64,000 nt of DNA, taken from assembly GCF_009914755.1 (NCBI RefSeq), contig NC_060927.1, one strand, 5' to 3'. The position numbers were made by a program, and so were the translations under genes. The notes below the pieces were generated by a model. It did no database searches and was not told the DNA's origin. It saw only the letters and a program-made list of their open reading frames with translations. How positions within the stretch are numbered: position 1 is the first letter of the stretch; every line of letters starts with the position of its first letter. The DNA comes from the human T2T-CHM13v2.0 reference genome, Homo sapiens. Below, one piece after another: positions 49,444 to 64,000 of the stretch.

Positions 49444-50508
49444 GTATCCTTTGATACTGGGTGGGAGGAGGAGGGCAGGGGCCCTGGGAGGTGAGATCCA
49501 CCCAGTCAGCTGCCCCTTTACCACATTGCCAACCATACAGGTTTAGATATCCCATAGTCCTAAACCTGAGTGTGTCCTCATTGCTTAGCACACACTTAGC
49601 AAGGCACTAATACCTCAAAGAGGAAGCAGTGGCACGCCCTTAGCAGTGGGTGGTCTAGTTATCAGTGGGGCTTCAGGAAGGCCTTTATCCCTCAGGCTGG
49701 CTGCTTCCAACAGCTTAATCCTCACCCTGCCCTATGAGGAGTCTGCCCAGGCAGCCAGGAGCAATCACTGTACAGGGTGACTTGGGGTCCTATCAGGGCT
49801 CTTGTCACAGGGATACCACCTGTGCTGTGCCCTGCTCCACTCCCATGTGTACTATTGTTGTCCCTTCTCTTCATCAGGCGGACTGGGGCAGGGCCCAAGG
49901 ATGTGTGGAGCAGGAGAAGATGAGGAGTTCCTTTGGTTTGGTGGCACTTGGAAGTCTGAATGGAAACACTGCCCTTCCCCTCACCTTTCACACACAGCTT
50001 CCTTGGGGACCACATGACAGTTGCCATGACTATGGCAAGCTTGTTTCAGAGAAGGGAGGGCAAGTGGACTCTTATCTGCTTTTTTTCCACAAAAATTTCA
50101 AACAGTATTTTATTTAAAAGTTGTTCTTCAGTAAATATGCTTTACCTATAGAGGGGAAGCCCAGACCCTTGCAGCCTTCTTTCACTCCCATGGGGTGGAT
50201 GCCTGCATTCCCCTCTTTCCCTTTGTTTCTTAAAGGGGCACCAGAGAACACTTGGCTGTTGACATCTCACCTTGGCTGAGTGCTCATGAAACTCAACTAC
50301 TAGAGCAGGGAGAGGGAGAGAGCAGATAGAGATTTACCTAACTGAGCTTGGGTCTGATCTGCCCCTAGAGATGCCACTGCCTCCCCTACTGGGCTGTCAG
50401 TAAGGAGCAGGGACTATGGTGCACTTCTCCCCTTTGAGGAGATGACAGGGGTCAGCCTCTCAGGCCCAGCTCTGGCAAGTCTGTGTTTCTCCTTCACTTC
50501 CTGCCCAG
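49444..50508 (+). other. DOCK3: U12-type (minor spliceosome) GT-AG intron, 1065 nt
   Basis: 5' site GTATCCTTT equals the U12 consensus; branch-site-like TCCTTCAC at 50490-50497 with the A 12 nt from the intron end; T+AC restores Tyr in frame. Confidence 0.92.
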
Positions 50509-50675
50509 ACTTGCAGATCTATGCAGTGACGCCCATTCCAGATTATGTGGATGTTCTGCAGATGGATAGGGTACCAGATCGAGTCAAGAGCTTCTATCGC
50601 GTCAACAATGTGAGGAAGTTCCGGTATGACAGGCCTTTTCACAAAGGCCCCAAGGACAAGGAGAATGAATTCAAG
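50509..50675 (+). CDS. DOCK3: DOCK3 coding exon (167 nt) LQIYAVTPIPDYVDVLQMDRVPDRVKSFYRVNNVRKFRYDRPFHKGPKDKENEFK
   Basis: cccag| acceptor, AAG|gtgaac donor. Confidence 0.96.
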
Positions 50676-50826
50676 GTGAACAAATCTAGGAAAACGGGCA
50701 GTACACACAGCAAGTCCAGGGGCAAGCTCAACTTCCTTGGGAACTCACCACTGTTTTATCCCTCAGGTAGGCAGGGTGTGGCAAAACTTGCCTAACTGCC
50801 CATACCTGCCTGTTCCCTCCCTACAG

Positions 50827-50913
50827 AGCCTGTGGATTGAACGTACCACACTGACCCTGACCCACAGCTTGCCTGGCATCTCTCGGTGGTTTGAAGTGGA
50901 GAGGAGGGAACTG
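50827..50913 (+). CDS. DOCK3: DOCK3 coding exon (87 nt) SLWIERTTLTLTHSLPGISRWFEVERREL
   Basis: ctacag| acceptor, CTG|gtgaga donor. Confidence 0.97.
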
Positions 50914-51381
50914 GTGAGACATGTCTCAGATGAAGCTGAGCTTCACAACTGCTCCATCAGCCCCAGCTCTGGGGGCCCTTCTCTAAGGACTAAAGAAAAA
51001 GAGAGCGTCGGCCACCTGCCTGGCCAAGGCTCCCACAGGTCAACCCTGTGCTAGGATCTTTGTGTACCTTCTCTTATCTAATCCATACAACACCCCTGAG
51101 CAGCAGGTATTTTCAACCTCCTACTTTACATATGAGAAAACTATTCTCTGAGATTCAAGAAACCAGAGTGCTCTGATTTCAGAACTAGTGTTCTTCACTA
51201 TTTGCTGTACTTCCAAGTGCCTATAAATCAGACAACAGAAGTGGAAAGGGTCCAGGGAGTCTCAAGTTCACAGGAACAAGGAAGGGGAATCAATACCACA
51301 GATCTTAGACCCCAGCTCTCAGGAAGATGATGAGGGGTTATCATCATTTCTGGGATGACTCTGTGTGCTGTGTGCCCCTAG

Positions 51382-51561
51382 GTGGAGGTGAGCCCTCTGG
51401 AGAATGCCATCCAAGTGGTTGAGAATAAGAACCAGGAGCTACGCTCCCTGATCAGCCAGTATCAACACAAGCAGGTGCATGGCAACATTAACCTGCTAAG
51501 CATGTGCCTGAATGGTGTCATTGATGCAGCTGTCAATGGAGGCATTGCACGCTATCAGGAG
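51382..51561 (+). CDS. DOCK3: DOCK3 coding exon (180 nt), DHR-2 catalytic lobe VEVSPLENAI...GVIDAAVNGGIARYQE
   Basis: cctag| acceptor, GAG|gtaagc donor; contains the DOCK nucleotide-sensor valine (VNGG, codon 51532-51534). Confidence 0.97.
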
Positions 51562-52177
51562 GTAAGCTGTGGCCACAGGCCAAACCCATGCAGCCAGCCT
51601 GGCCAGGAAGGCGGCTCACAGGCTTCTCTTTTCAAGATTATAGTCTCCTTAGGTAGCCTTCCCTACATGCCCTCTCTTGACATGGTCCTGGAATGAGGCC
51701 CTAAGCTCCCTATCACTCCCTATTTCTTTGGCACAGTTTGGTAGGGCCTTTTCTTCATTTTTATTCTCTGAACTCTAAGATGGGTAATCTGTAATCCTGA
51801 TTATGGGAGGATGTTAAGTGCCCTCCAAGAGGAGCCTTGGAGCCCAGCCCGTCAGGAGAAGTGAGTTGTAGGCTGGATAAGAGGCTAGCCCCTACTCCCA
51901 GTCCACCAGTCCTGCCTGCCCTACCTAGGCCATCCAGGCTCCATGAGGGACTGGGGTCAGCATCCAGACTTAGATGGCTTGGCCACGTTCAGTCCTTCTC
52001 AGACAAAAAAACACACCTCTAATTGCCAGAAGTTCAAACAGGCCAGACTGGTGTATGTACCTATGAGGAGACAGCCTGGCTGCTTTTTAGGTGGCATTAG
52101 TGGACTCAAGTCTCCTGGGCCCCACTTAAGTAGTAGTCCTGGGAAGAGTCTTCCTGACTTGGCCTTTCCTTTCACAG

Positions 52178-52261
52178 GCCTTCTTTGATAAAGATTACAT
52201 CAACAAGCACCCAGGAGATGCTGAGAAGATCACCCAGCTCAAGGAGCTTATGCAGGAGCAG
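52178..52261 (+). CDS. DOCK3: DOCK3 coding exon (84 nt) AFFDKDYINKHPGDAEKITQLKELMQEQ
   Basis: tcacag| acceptor, CAG|gtatgt donor. Confidence 0.96.
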
Positions 52262-52380
52262 GTATGTCTTGGAGGGCTTGGGAACCAGCAGCCAGGTGAG
52301 AAAAGCCATGCACTACAAGATGAGCAGTTCTCAGGGGCTACTCATGGTTCACAGAGTGGCCTTGTTTGTGACTCTGATAG

Positions 52381-52497
52381 GTTCATGTCCTTGGAGTTGG
52401 GCTAGCAGTTCATGAGAAGTTTGTGCACCCAGAAATGCGGCCTCTGCATAAGAAGCTAATTGATCAGTTCCAGATGATGCGGGCCAGTCTCTACCAT
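52381..52497 (+). CDS. DOCK3: DOCK3 coding exon (117 nt), end of DHR-2: VHVLGVGLAVHEKFVHPEMRPLHKKLIDQFQMMRASLYH
   Basis: gatag| acceptor, CAT|gtaagt donor. Confidence 0.96.
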
Positions 52498-52881
52498 GTA
52501 AGTTGATCCCTGTCCTGCCCCTGCTGCAGTAGAACCAGGTGTCACTTCCTCCAGACCTACGCCACAAACCAAAGGAAAATAGGAGAGAGGGAGCCTGGGC
52601 AGGGGCCGGGGTTGGGGAGAGAGGCTGTCCTCCCTACAGAGGGACAGGGGGCAAGGATGGATGCTATATCCAGGGGAAGGATGCTGAGGATCCTCCCACT
52701 CACTCACTCCCAAAGGAGGAGCCAGATTCAAGGGCAGGGAACGTTTTTCAGGGCACTGTGCTAGTAGACAGGTTTTCATATGTGAAGGAAGAGAGCTAAC
52801 ATATATGGCCCACATGTAGGGATCTTTTTGGAGATGTTTTTCATCCCAAGAACCTAAAGAGATAGGCATGGCCTGAGCCAG

Positions 52882-53024
52882 CCTTCTCTCCCCATCTCCC
52901 TCCTCCTCCTCTCTCCCTGTCCTTCTTCATTCTTTCTCCTCCCTCTAATCGTTCTCTTTTCCCTCTTTTTACTCTTCCTCCCAACTCCCTTTTCTCCCTC
53001 TGTCTCTCCCTCCCTCTTATTCCC
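52882..53024. repeat. CT-rich low-complexity polypyrimidine tract (143 nt, AG-free)
   Basis: direct reading. Confidence 0.9.
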
Positions 53025-54930
53025 AGCTTCCTCTATCATGTCTCGTGATCCAAGCTCACATCTGAGATAGCCTAGGATGAGCAGTACTTTCATGCTAGCA
53101 GTCCTTAAAGGAGTCAAGCAGGTCCTGGGGCTGGACCAGGCTCCTGAAAGTCTCCCTAACTCTGGCCCAGCTCTTCAGCCTCCACAGTAGGGTTTGGCCC
53201 AAGGACTTAAACACACAAACAGGACTTATATTCCAGGACCAGTATTCCTTGGCAGGGTCTTAGAGGAAATGCTGACTGGCTGAGGATAGAGCCCCCTATT
53301 CACATATCCAAACCTCATTTTCAACTGTGGGGCTGACTCCAAATGTTTTCTAAAGATCCCTTCCTGCTAAACAGGCTGGCTCCCAGATCTTAAGGGATAT
53401 GAGCCCAATTACCTGCTGCTACCTGGCACCCAAGCCAAGTTCTCTTCTCATCACCCAGGACCACTGGACAGAAGTGGCAGGGAGACAAGAAGTAGAGCTG
53501 TTCAATGCTGCACGAGGTTGTCATGAGCAAAAAATTCCCCCTCTAGGGATAACCATGGCCACAGGAGCCCTGAGGGAGGTTGCACTACTTAAACTCAGTG
53601 GGCCTGACCCATTTGGGGCGGACCTGCTGTGTTCTTGGATGCTGCAGGTTCTGGTCATCTCCGTCCCTCCAGGCTCCCAGTGCAGGTCTCAGCCTGTGTG
53701 GACAAGTGTGGACAGCATGAAAAGAGAAAAAGAAGCTTGTTGTAGTTTGAGAGGTAGGGGCACATTTTCCAGAGGAAAGCCTGGAGATCCTGAAATTTCT
53801 CCCTCTGTTAGGATTCTCCCATGGTATTTCAAGGTGAAATATGCAGAGAAGCTCTTTTACATCTCCGCCTTAAAATTGGAGTGTCCATTTAGTTAAGAAC
53901 TTGGGCAGTATCGCTGAGTCTGGTGGGTATTCATTCCACTACCTCTCATTCCAGGGTCTCCTGCCTGTTTGACTGGTCTCTGCTGTGTGCAAACTTCCCC
54001 ATCACAGCAGGTGACCCAAGCAGGCTGGAGCCTGGCCAGTGAGGAGGTTCTCTGCCATGTGGGTTGCAGCAAAAAGCACAAAACACTTTCCTATATACAT
54101 CACGTTCTTCCGTGTGCACACATAGCCTTTCTCCAGCTACAGAAATACATTTTAGCCCTCTGTATGCTTTGGAAGAAGCAGGTGGAAAACCCGGTGCTTC
54201 TTCACACCAAGCTCAGAAATATCCCCAGTGGACTTAGGGCCCCTGTTCACTACAGCTTTTGAAGGACGTGAGGAAACCTTAACAGTTGTTTCCTCTGAGT
54301 TGTACACAGGGACACAAACAAACATGCTGTCACCCAGTAGGGTTTGAGATCAGAAGTGTCTGCCCAGAAATCTACATACTTAATATGAATTAATTAAGCT
54401 AAAATAGAGCTGTGCTATTTTTCAGTTACATACATCAGGATTTTATGTTCTGTCTCCCCGTAGACTGTGTCACAGACAACCCAGGTCACTAAGAGCTGGG
54501 CCATTTAGCAGTCTAATAAAACCCAACACCAATCCTTATGTAATTGGTGCCCACCTATTGACAACTAATAATAAGCTCTTCCTCTCCTTCTTCCCAGATC
54601 TTGTTCTACTTATTCCGTAGCGAGAAAACCTGTTAACACACTCCTATGAGCTCAGACCAGCTTCAGTTTATTCCAGATGTGCTTCTCTTAATGTGGAGTC
54701 AACCTGGGGCCTCGCACACGGCCTTTGGTCTAGGTTCCAGTGCAGTTAGGAGGGTGTTTTAGTCGTGAAGAGGGCATTGCCCAAAGGAAGTCAGCAGTTC
54801 AGGTTCAGCCAACCATATGATTCTTTTTTGTTTCTTTTACATTTTTGATCACCAGTCAGTTATTCCCTCACATCCCTTAGTTACTTATTTATTCTTTACT
54901 CTCTATGAAGGGGCATTCATTTCTCAACAG

Positions 54931-55052
54931 GAGTTTCCAGGTTTGGATAAGCTAAGTCCTGCATGTTCAGGCACCAGCACCCCACGGGGAAATGTTCTGG
55001 CATCCCATAGCCCCATGAGTCCGGAGAGCATCAAGATGACCCACCGGCACAG
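54931..55052 (+). CDS. DOCK3: DOCK3 coding exon (122 nt) EFPGLDKLSPACSGTSTPRGNVLASHSPMSPESIKMTHRH(S)
   Basis: caacag| acceptor (CAG-GAG tandem), AG|gtatgg donor. Confidence 0.95.
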
Positions 55053-56278
55053 GTATGGCCTTAGGGCTGGGGAGGGTTCCCTCTGGAGAGGTGAGTCTAA
55101 ATTGTCAAGGGTCAGAGGAAAGAGTCCTCATGTATACTCATATTCCCTCTTACCCATGCACACAGCAAACACTTATGTGGCTCCTGCCATAGGACCCACA
55201 CCCTGCATTCAGTCAGTCACTATCCTGGGTAAGAGAAGTGTATACATGATACTGTGGGAACATGGAGGAGGGGGCATTTGGGGTAAGTCTTGAAGGATAA
55301 GTAGATGTTTGCTAGGGGTTAGGAGGGTGATAGGGCAAGATCTAGGAAAATCGACTGACACATGCAGAAGCCTCAAGATATGAACAAGCCAGCCTGGTCA
55401 GCACTCTGAGTAGAGCCAAGTGGCTGGAGTGCCGGATTCCAGGGCACGGAAAGGGGATAGGATCAGCTCTGAGTGGGCCTTGTTCATGCAGGCCTTTGGA
55501 CTTGATCCCAAGGAGAATGAGGATCACCAAGTCAGTTTTAAGGAAGAAACAGCATAGTGATGTGAACATCAAAGACTGGTTTGCCTGGGCTCAACTGAGA
55601 ATACTGAAAGCCTCTAGGCCAGGAAGGCCAAGTTGGAGGAGGAGACTAGTGAGAGGAGCCCCTCACTTAGGCTTGTTTTCCAGTGTGAGCAGCAGCTCAG
55701 CACAGAGTGGGCACTTAGTAAATAAGGGACAAATGAATGAGAAGCTTTCCTGGTATTGCTAGAGGAGAGCTATTGACAAGCCTTTTGGCCACAGATGTGG
55801 AAGGAGGCCTGCAGATAGTTCACAGCCGGCTATTTTGGTAGCTTCCCACACTAGGAAGAAGCCTCTGACCAAGAAGCAGATCCCATCATGGTGTGGGGGG
55901 GTTGGGGGGTGGGCACTGACCCAGACTAATACCCCATAGAAAGGGGAACCTGAGGTCTTTGACCTGATTTGGCATATCTCTTATTCCTCCTGAGAAACTG
56001 CTAATGTCATGCAACTGAGTGGCCATAAGCCATGTAGCTGTAGGTAGAGGCTTGTCCAGTGTACCACACCATTGTCTCTCCCAGACCAAGGGCTCCTGAG
56101 TAGCAGGGTACAGCTCAGGACTGCTCCAGGCCTCAGATGGGTATGAGCATTGACTATGGAACCCTCCAAACCGGTGGTAGCTGAAACCAGGGATGACTAT
56201 TCCACACATTCCGCTCTACTGTCCCCCTGCCACCTGCCATGGGCCTGACTCCTCCCTATTTCCCACTCTTGCTCACAG

Positions 56279-56417
56279 CCCCATGAACTTGATGGGCACA
56301 GGCCGCCATTCATCATCCTCTCTCTCCTCACATGCGTCTAGTGAAGCAGGAAACATGGTGATGCTGGGTGACGGCTCCATGGGTGATGCTCCTGAGGACC
56401 TGTACCACCACATGCAG
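56279..56417 (+). CDS. DOCK3: DOCK3 coding exon (139 nt) PMNLMGTGRHSSSSLSSHASSEAGNMVMLGDGSMGDAPEDLYHHMQ
   Basis: tcacag| acceptor, CAG|gtacag donor. Confidence 0.95.
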
Positions 56418-56946
56418 GTACAGAGCTGTCCACGGAGAGTGGGCCAGGGCACCATGCCTACAGAACTCACCTTGCTGTTGCAATGTCTAGTCTGAGGGCT
56501 TGGCAACCCTGCCTAATTCTCTAGCTCCTGAATTCAGAACACCCCTCACCAGAGCTAGAAAGCTGCCGTTCCTCCACACACCATCCTAAGTCTCGGTTCC
56601 CAGGCCTTATTTCCCAAGAAGAAAATCCAGCTTCAGTCCTGGTTGCTTTAGGAGATCCCACGGGAAAGATCCTCTGCCAGATTGCCCCCTTGCCTGGCAT
56701 TCCTGTTGGCTTAGCCCTGCTTCCTCCATGGTCACCGTAGTATGGCCAGCCCAACAACTTCGCTCCATATGGGTGGTGTGGGTGGCCCCTAGTTGCCCAG
56801 CCATTAGCCTGGCCTCCATCAGGGCTCAGGGGATAGCATAAGGCACTGGGGCAGAACACCTCAGGGCATGAAAAAGCAAACTCTGTGCCAGCCCTAAAGT
56901 CCTGGCCATTCAGACCTCTATCCTGCTGATTTTTCTCCCTTTGCAG

Positions 56947-57094
56947 CTCGCGTATCCCAACCCCAGGTACCAAGGCTCAGTCACCAACGTCTCTGTTCTG
57001 TCCTCGTCCCAGGCAAGCCCTTCTTCCTCCAGCCTGAGTTCCACTCACTCAGCACCATCCCAGATGATTACCTCTGCCCCTTCCAGTGCCCGAG
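56947..57094 (+). CDS. DOCK3: DOCK3 coding exon (148 nt), Ser-rich tail LAYPNPRYQGSVTNVSVLSSSQASPSSSSLSSTHSAPSQMITSAPSSAR(G)
   Basis: ttgcag| acceptor, G|gtaagg donor; gene continues past the window. Confidence 0.95.
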
Positions 57095-57905
57095 GTAAGG
57101 ATGGCAGGGTGCTACTTGCAGAATGGAGAAGAGAGGTCTTCATCAACGCCACTCGGCTTCCTCTCATCTGTGGCTGTGTCTTTGAGCAGCCCTGTGACTT
57201 AGAGAATACTCATTTGTGCTTTTACCACTAAGGACTCGAGAGTTCCTGCCTCCAGGCCTCTTCCCTGGCTGGCTTCAGACTCCGCTCTGAGCAGTGGCTG
57301 CCGCTGTGCCGCCATTGCATTTCTACCTCAGTCACAGGACACACAGCTTAGAAGAAAGCTCACTTCTTTCCCATTGAAAGTTTTGCTAGAACAAAGATCA
57401 AAGTCTAGGCAAAAGTGAGTCTTTTGTCTTGAGGAATCAGGCATGATGACAAAGTATGAAAAGTAAATCGGGAGACTAAAATTAACCCTGGAAAATGTTA
57501 TTCTAAAACAATAACAGCAACCAAAAAATTTTTCTTCAGTTGGGAAAGGCTTTCTCAGGAGAGATGGCTCTGTAAAAACCTATTTACTTTGCCAATTATT
57601 AGTTGATTTCTTGTTCAGTTGAATGAATATTGTTCTTTGAGAGGCAGCATCTTCGCATCTTTTTCACGTTCTAATCCTAGTTCCCAAGTGAAAGTTGATT
57701 CTGTCCTTGTAGACAGAAACATTTGCAGTGGAATGGAAATTAGCTGTGGTACATAGGATCTAGTGCTTCCCAGGGTTGGCTTTGCAGGGTAGTGACAGTG
57801 GTCTGAGCTTGCCAGCCAGTCACTTGCTCTTGCTTCCAGGCTTCAGAAGGAGGGAGTCTCTTTGTTCTTCTCATTATTATGAAACCAAAGAAAAATATCA
57901 CAAAT

Positions 57906-62534
<4,629 letters not shown>

Positions 62535-63988
62535 TGAATAGGAACACAACGAGTCTGCAGCTCCCAGTGTGACTGACACAGAAGACAGGTGATTTCTGCA
62601 TTTCCAACTGAGGTACTGGGTTCATTTCACAGGGGCTTGTCAGACACTGGGTGCAGCCCACGGAGCAGGGCGGGGCATTGCCTCACCCAGGAAATGCAAG
62701 GGGTCGGGGAGTTACCTTTCCTAGCAAAGGGAAGCCGTGACAGATGGTACCTGGAAAATCGGGACACTCCCACCCTAATACTGCGCTTTTCCAGTGGCCT
62801 TAGCAAAGGGCTCACCAGGAGATTATATCCTGCGCCTGACTCAGGGGATCCCACACCCATGGAGCCTCTCTCACTGCTAGCACAGCAGTCTGAGATTGAA
62901 CTGCAAGGAGGCAGTGAGGCTGTGGGAGGGGCATCCGCCATTGCTGAGGCTTGAGTAGGTAAACAAAGCGGCTGGGAAGCTCGAACTGGGTGGAGCCCAC
63001 TGCAGCTCAAGGAGGGCTGCCTGCCTCTGTAGCCTCCACCTCTGGGGGCAGGGCATAGCTGAACAAAAGGCAGCAGAAACTTCTGCAGACTTAAACGTCC
63101 CTGTCTGACAGCTTTGAAGAGAGTAGTGGTTCTCCCAGCATGGAGTTTAAGATCTGAGAACGGACAGACTGCCTCCTCAAGTGGGTCCCTGAACCCTCAG
63201 GAGCCTAACTGGGAGGCACCTCCCAGTAGGGGGCGACTGACACCTCATATGGCAGGGTGCCCCTCTGAGACAAAGCTTCCAGAGTGAAGGATCAGAAAGC
63301 AACATTTGCTGTTCTGCAGCGTCCACTGTTGATACCCAGGCAAACAGGGTCTGGAGTGGACCTCCATCAAACTCCAACAGACCTGCAGCTGAGGGTCCTG
63401 ACTGTTAGAAGGAAAACTAACAAACAGAAAGGACATGCACACAAAAACCCCATCTGTACGTCACCATTATCAAAGACCAAAGGTAGATAAAACCACAAAG
63501 ATGGGGAGAAACCAAAGCAGAAAAGCTGAAAATTCTAAAAATCAGAGCACTTCTCCTCCAAAGGAACGCAGCTCCTCGCCAGCAATGGAACAAAGCTGGA
63601 TGGAGAATGACTTTGACAAGTTGAGAGAAGAAGGCTTCAGATGATCGGTAATGACAAACTTATCCGAGCTAAAGGAGGATGTTTGAACCCATTGCAAAGA
63701 AGCTAAAAACCTTGAAAAAAGAGTAGATGAATGGCTAACTAGAATAAACAGTGTAGAGAAGTCCTTAAATGACCTGATGGAGCTGAAAACCATGGCATGA
63801 GAGTGACGTGATGCATGCACAAGCTTCAGTAGCCGATTCGATCAACTGGAAGAAAGGGTATCAGTGATTGAAGATCAAATGAATGAAAATGAAGCGAAAA
63901 GAGAAGTTTAGAGAAAAAAGAGTAAAAAGAAATGAACAAAGCCCCCAAGAAATATGGGACTATGTGAAAATCTACGTCTGATTGGTGT
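62535..63988 (+). mobile_element. Inverted 5' segment (5'UTR + ORF1 N-half) of the same L1
   Basis: starts tgaataggaaca near the L1 5' end, ends ctgattggtgta; TSD AATAKCACAAAT at 57894-57905 and 63989-64000. Confidence 0.95.
62627..62941 (-). CDS. Open L1 ORF0 homologue (104 aa) MADAPPTASLPPCSSISDCCASSERGSMGVG...; expression unknown
   Basis: ATG at 62941 within ORF-track ORF 62627-63010; similar to primate L1 ORF0 as I recall it (MAGAPPPASLPPCSLISDCCAS...EKRSIRVGV.RFSR). Confidence 0.6.
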   Translation of the reverse strand: MADAPPTASLPPCSSISDCCASSERGSMGVGSPESGAGYNLLVSPLLRPLEKRSIRVGVSRFSRYHLSRLPFARKGNSPTPCISWVRQCPALLRGLHPVSDKPL

Positions 63989-64000
63989 AATAGCACAAAT

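Noticed and set aside
53399-53896. 165-aa intronic ORF (also 26639-27079 and 56521-56973)
   Set aside because: No recognisable domain or splice support; one runs into a FLAM; lengths are compatible with chance

Overview
Hominid (almost certainly human) genomic DNA from inside the DOCK3 gene on the + strand. I traced 22 consecutive coding exons (4655-57094; 2371 nt = 790 codons + 1 nt). All have AG/GT boundaries and consistent phases. They encode the region before DHR-2, the whole DHR-2 Rac-GEF domain and the start of the Ser-rich tail. Gene start and end lie outside the window. Splicing features: a 27-nt microexon with a UGC/UGCAUG-rich acceptor, and a U12-type minor intron (49444-50508) whose read-through hits an immediate stop. 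Introns hold one antisense SVA with a 31-nt 5' extension and variant hexamers, and a sense full-length but deleted L1PA7/8-like element. They also hold a truncated L1PA and a near-full-length 5'-inverted L1PA with an open ORF0; these two share private variants, including a frameshift. There are also many Alu/FLAM, MIR, L2 and MER5 copies and two local non-TE duplications. I see no new gene system. The best leads are L1/SVA architecture and splicing control. Exon and TSD coordinates were counted base by base; repeat boundaries and subfamily calls are by eye and approximate.
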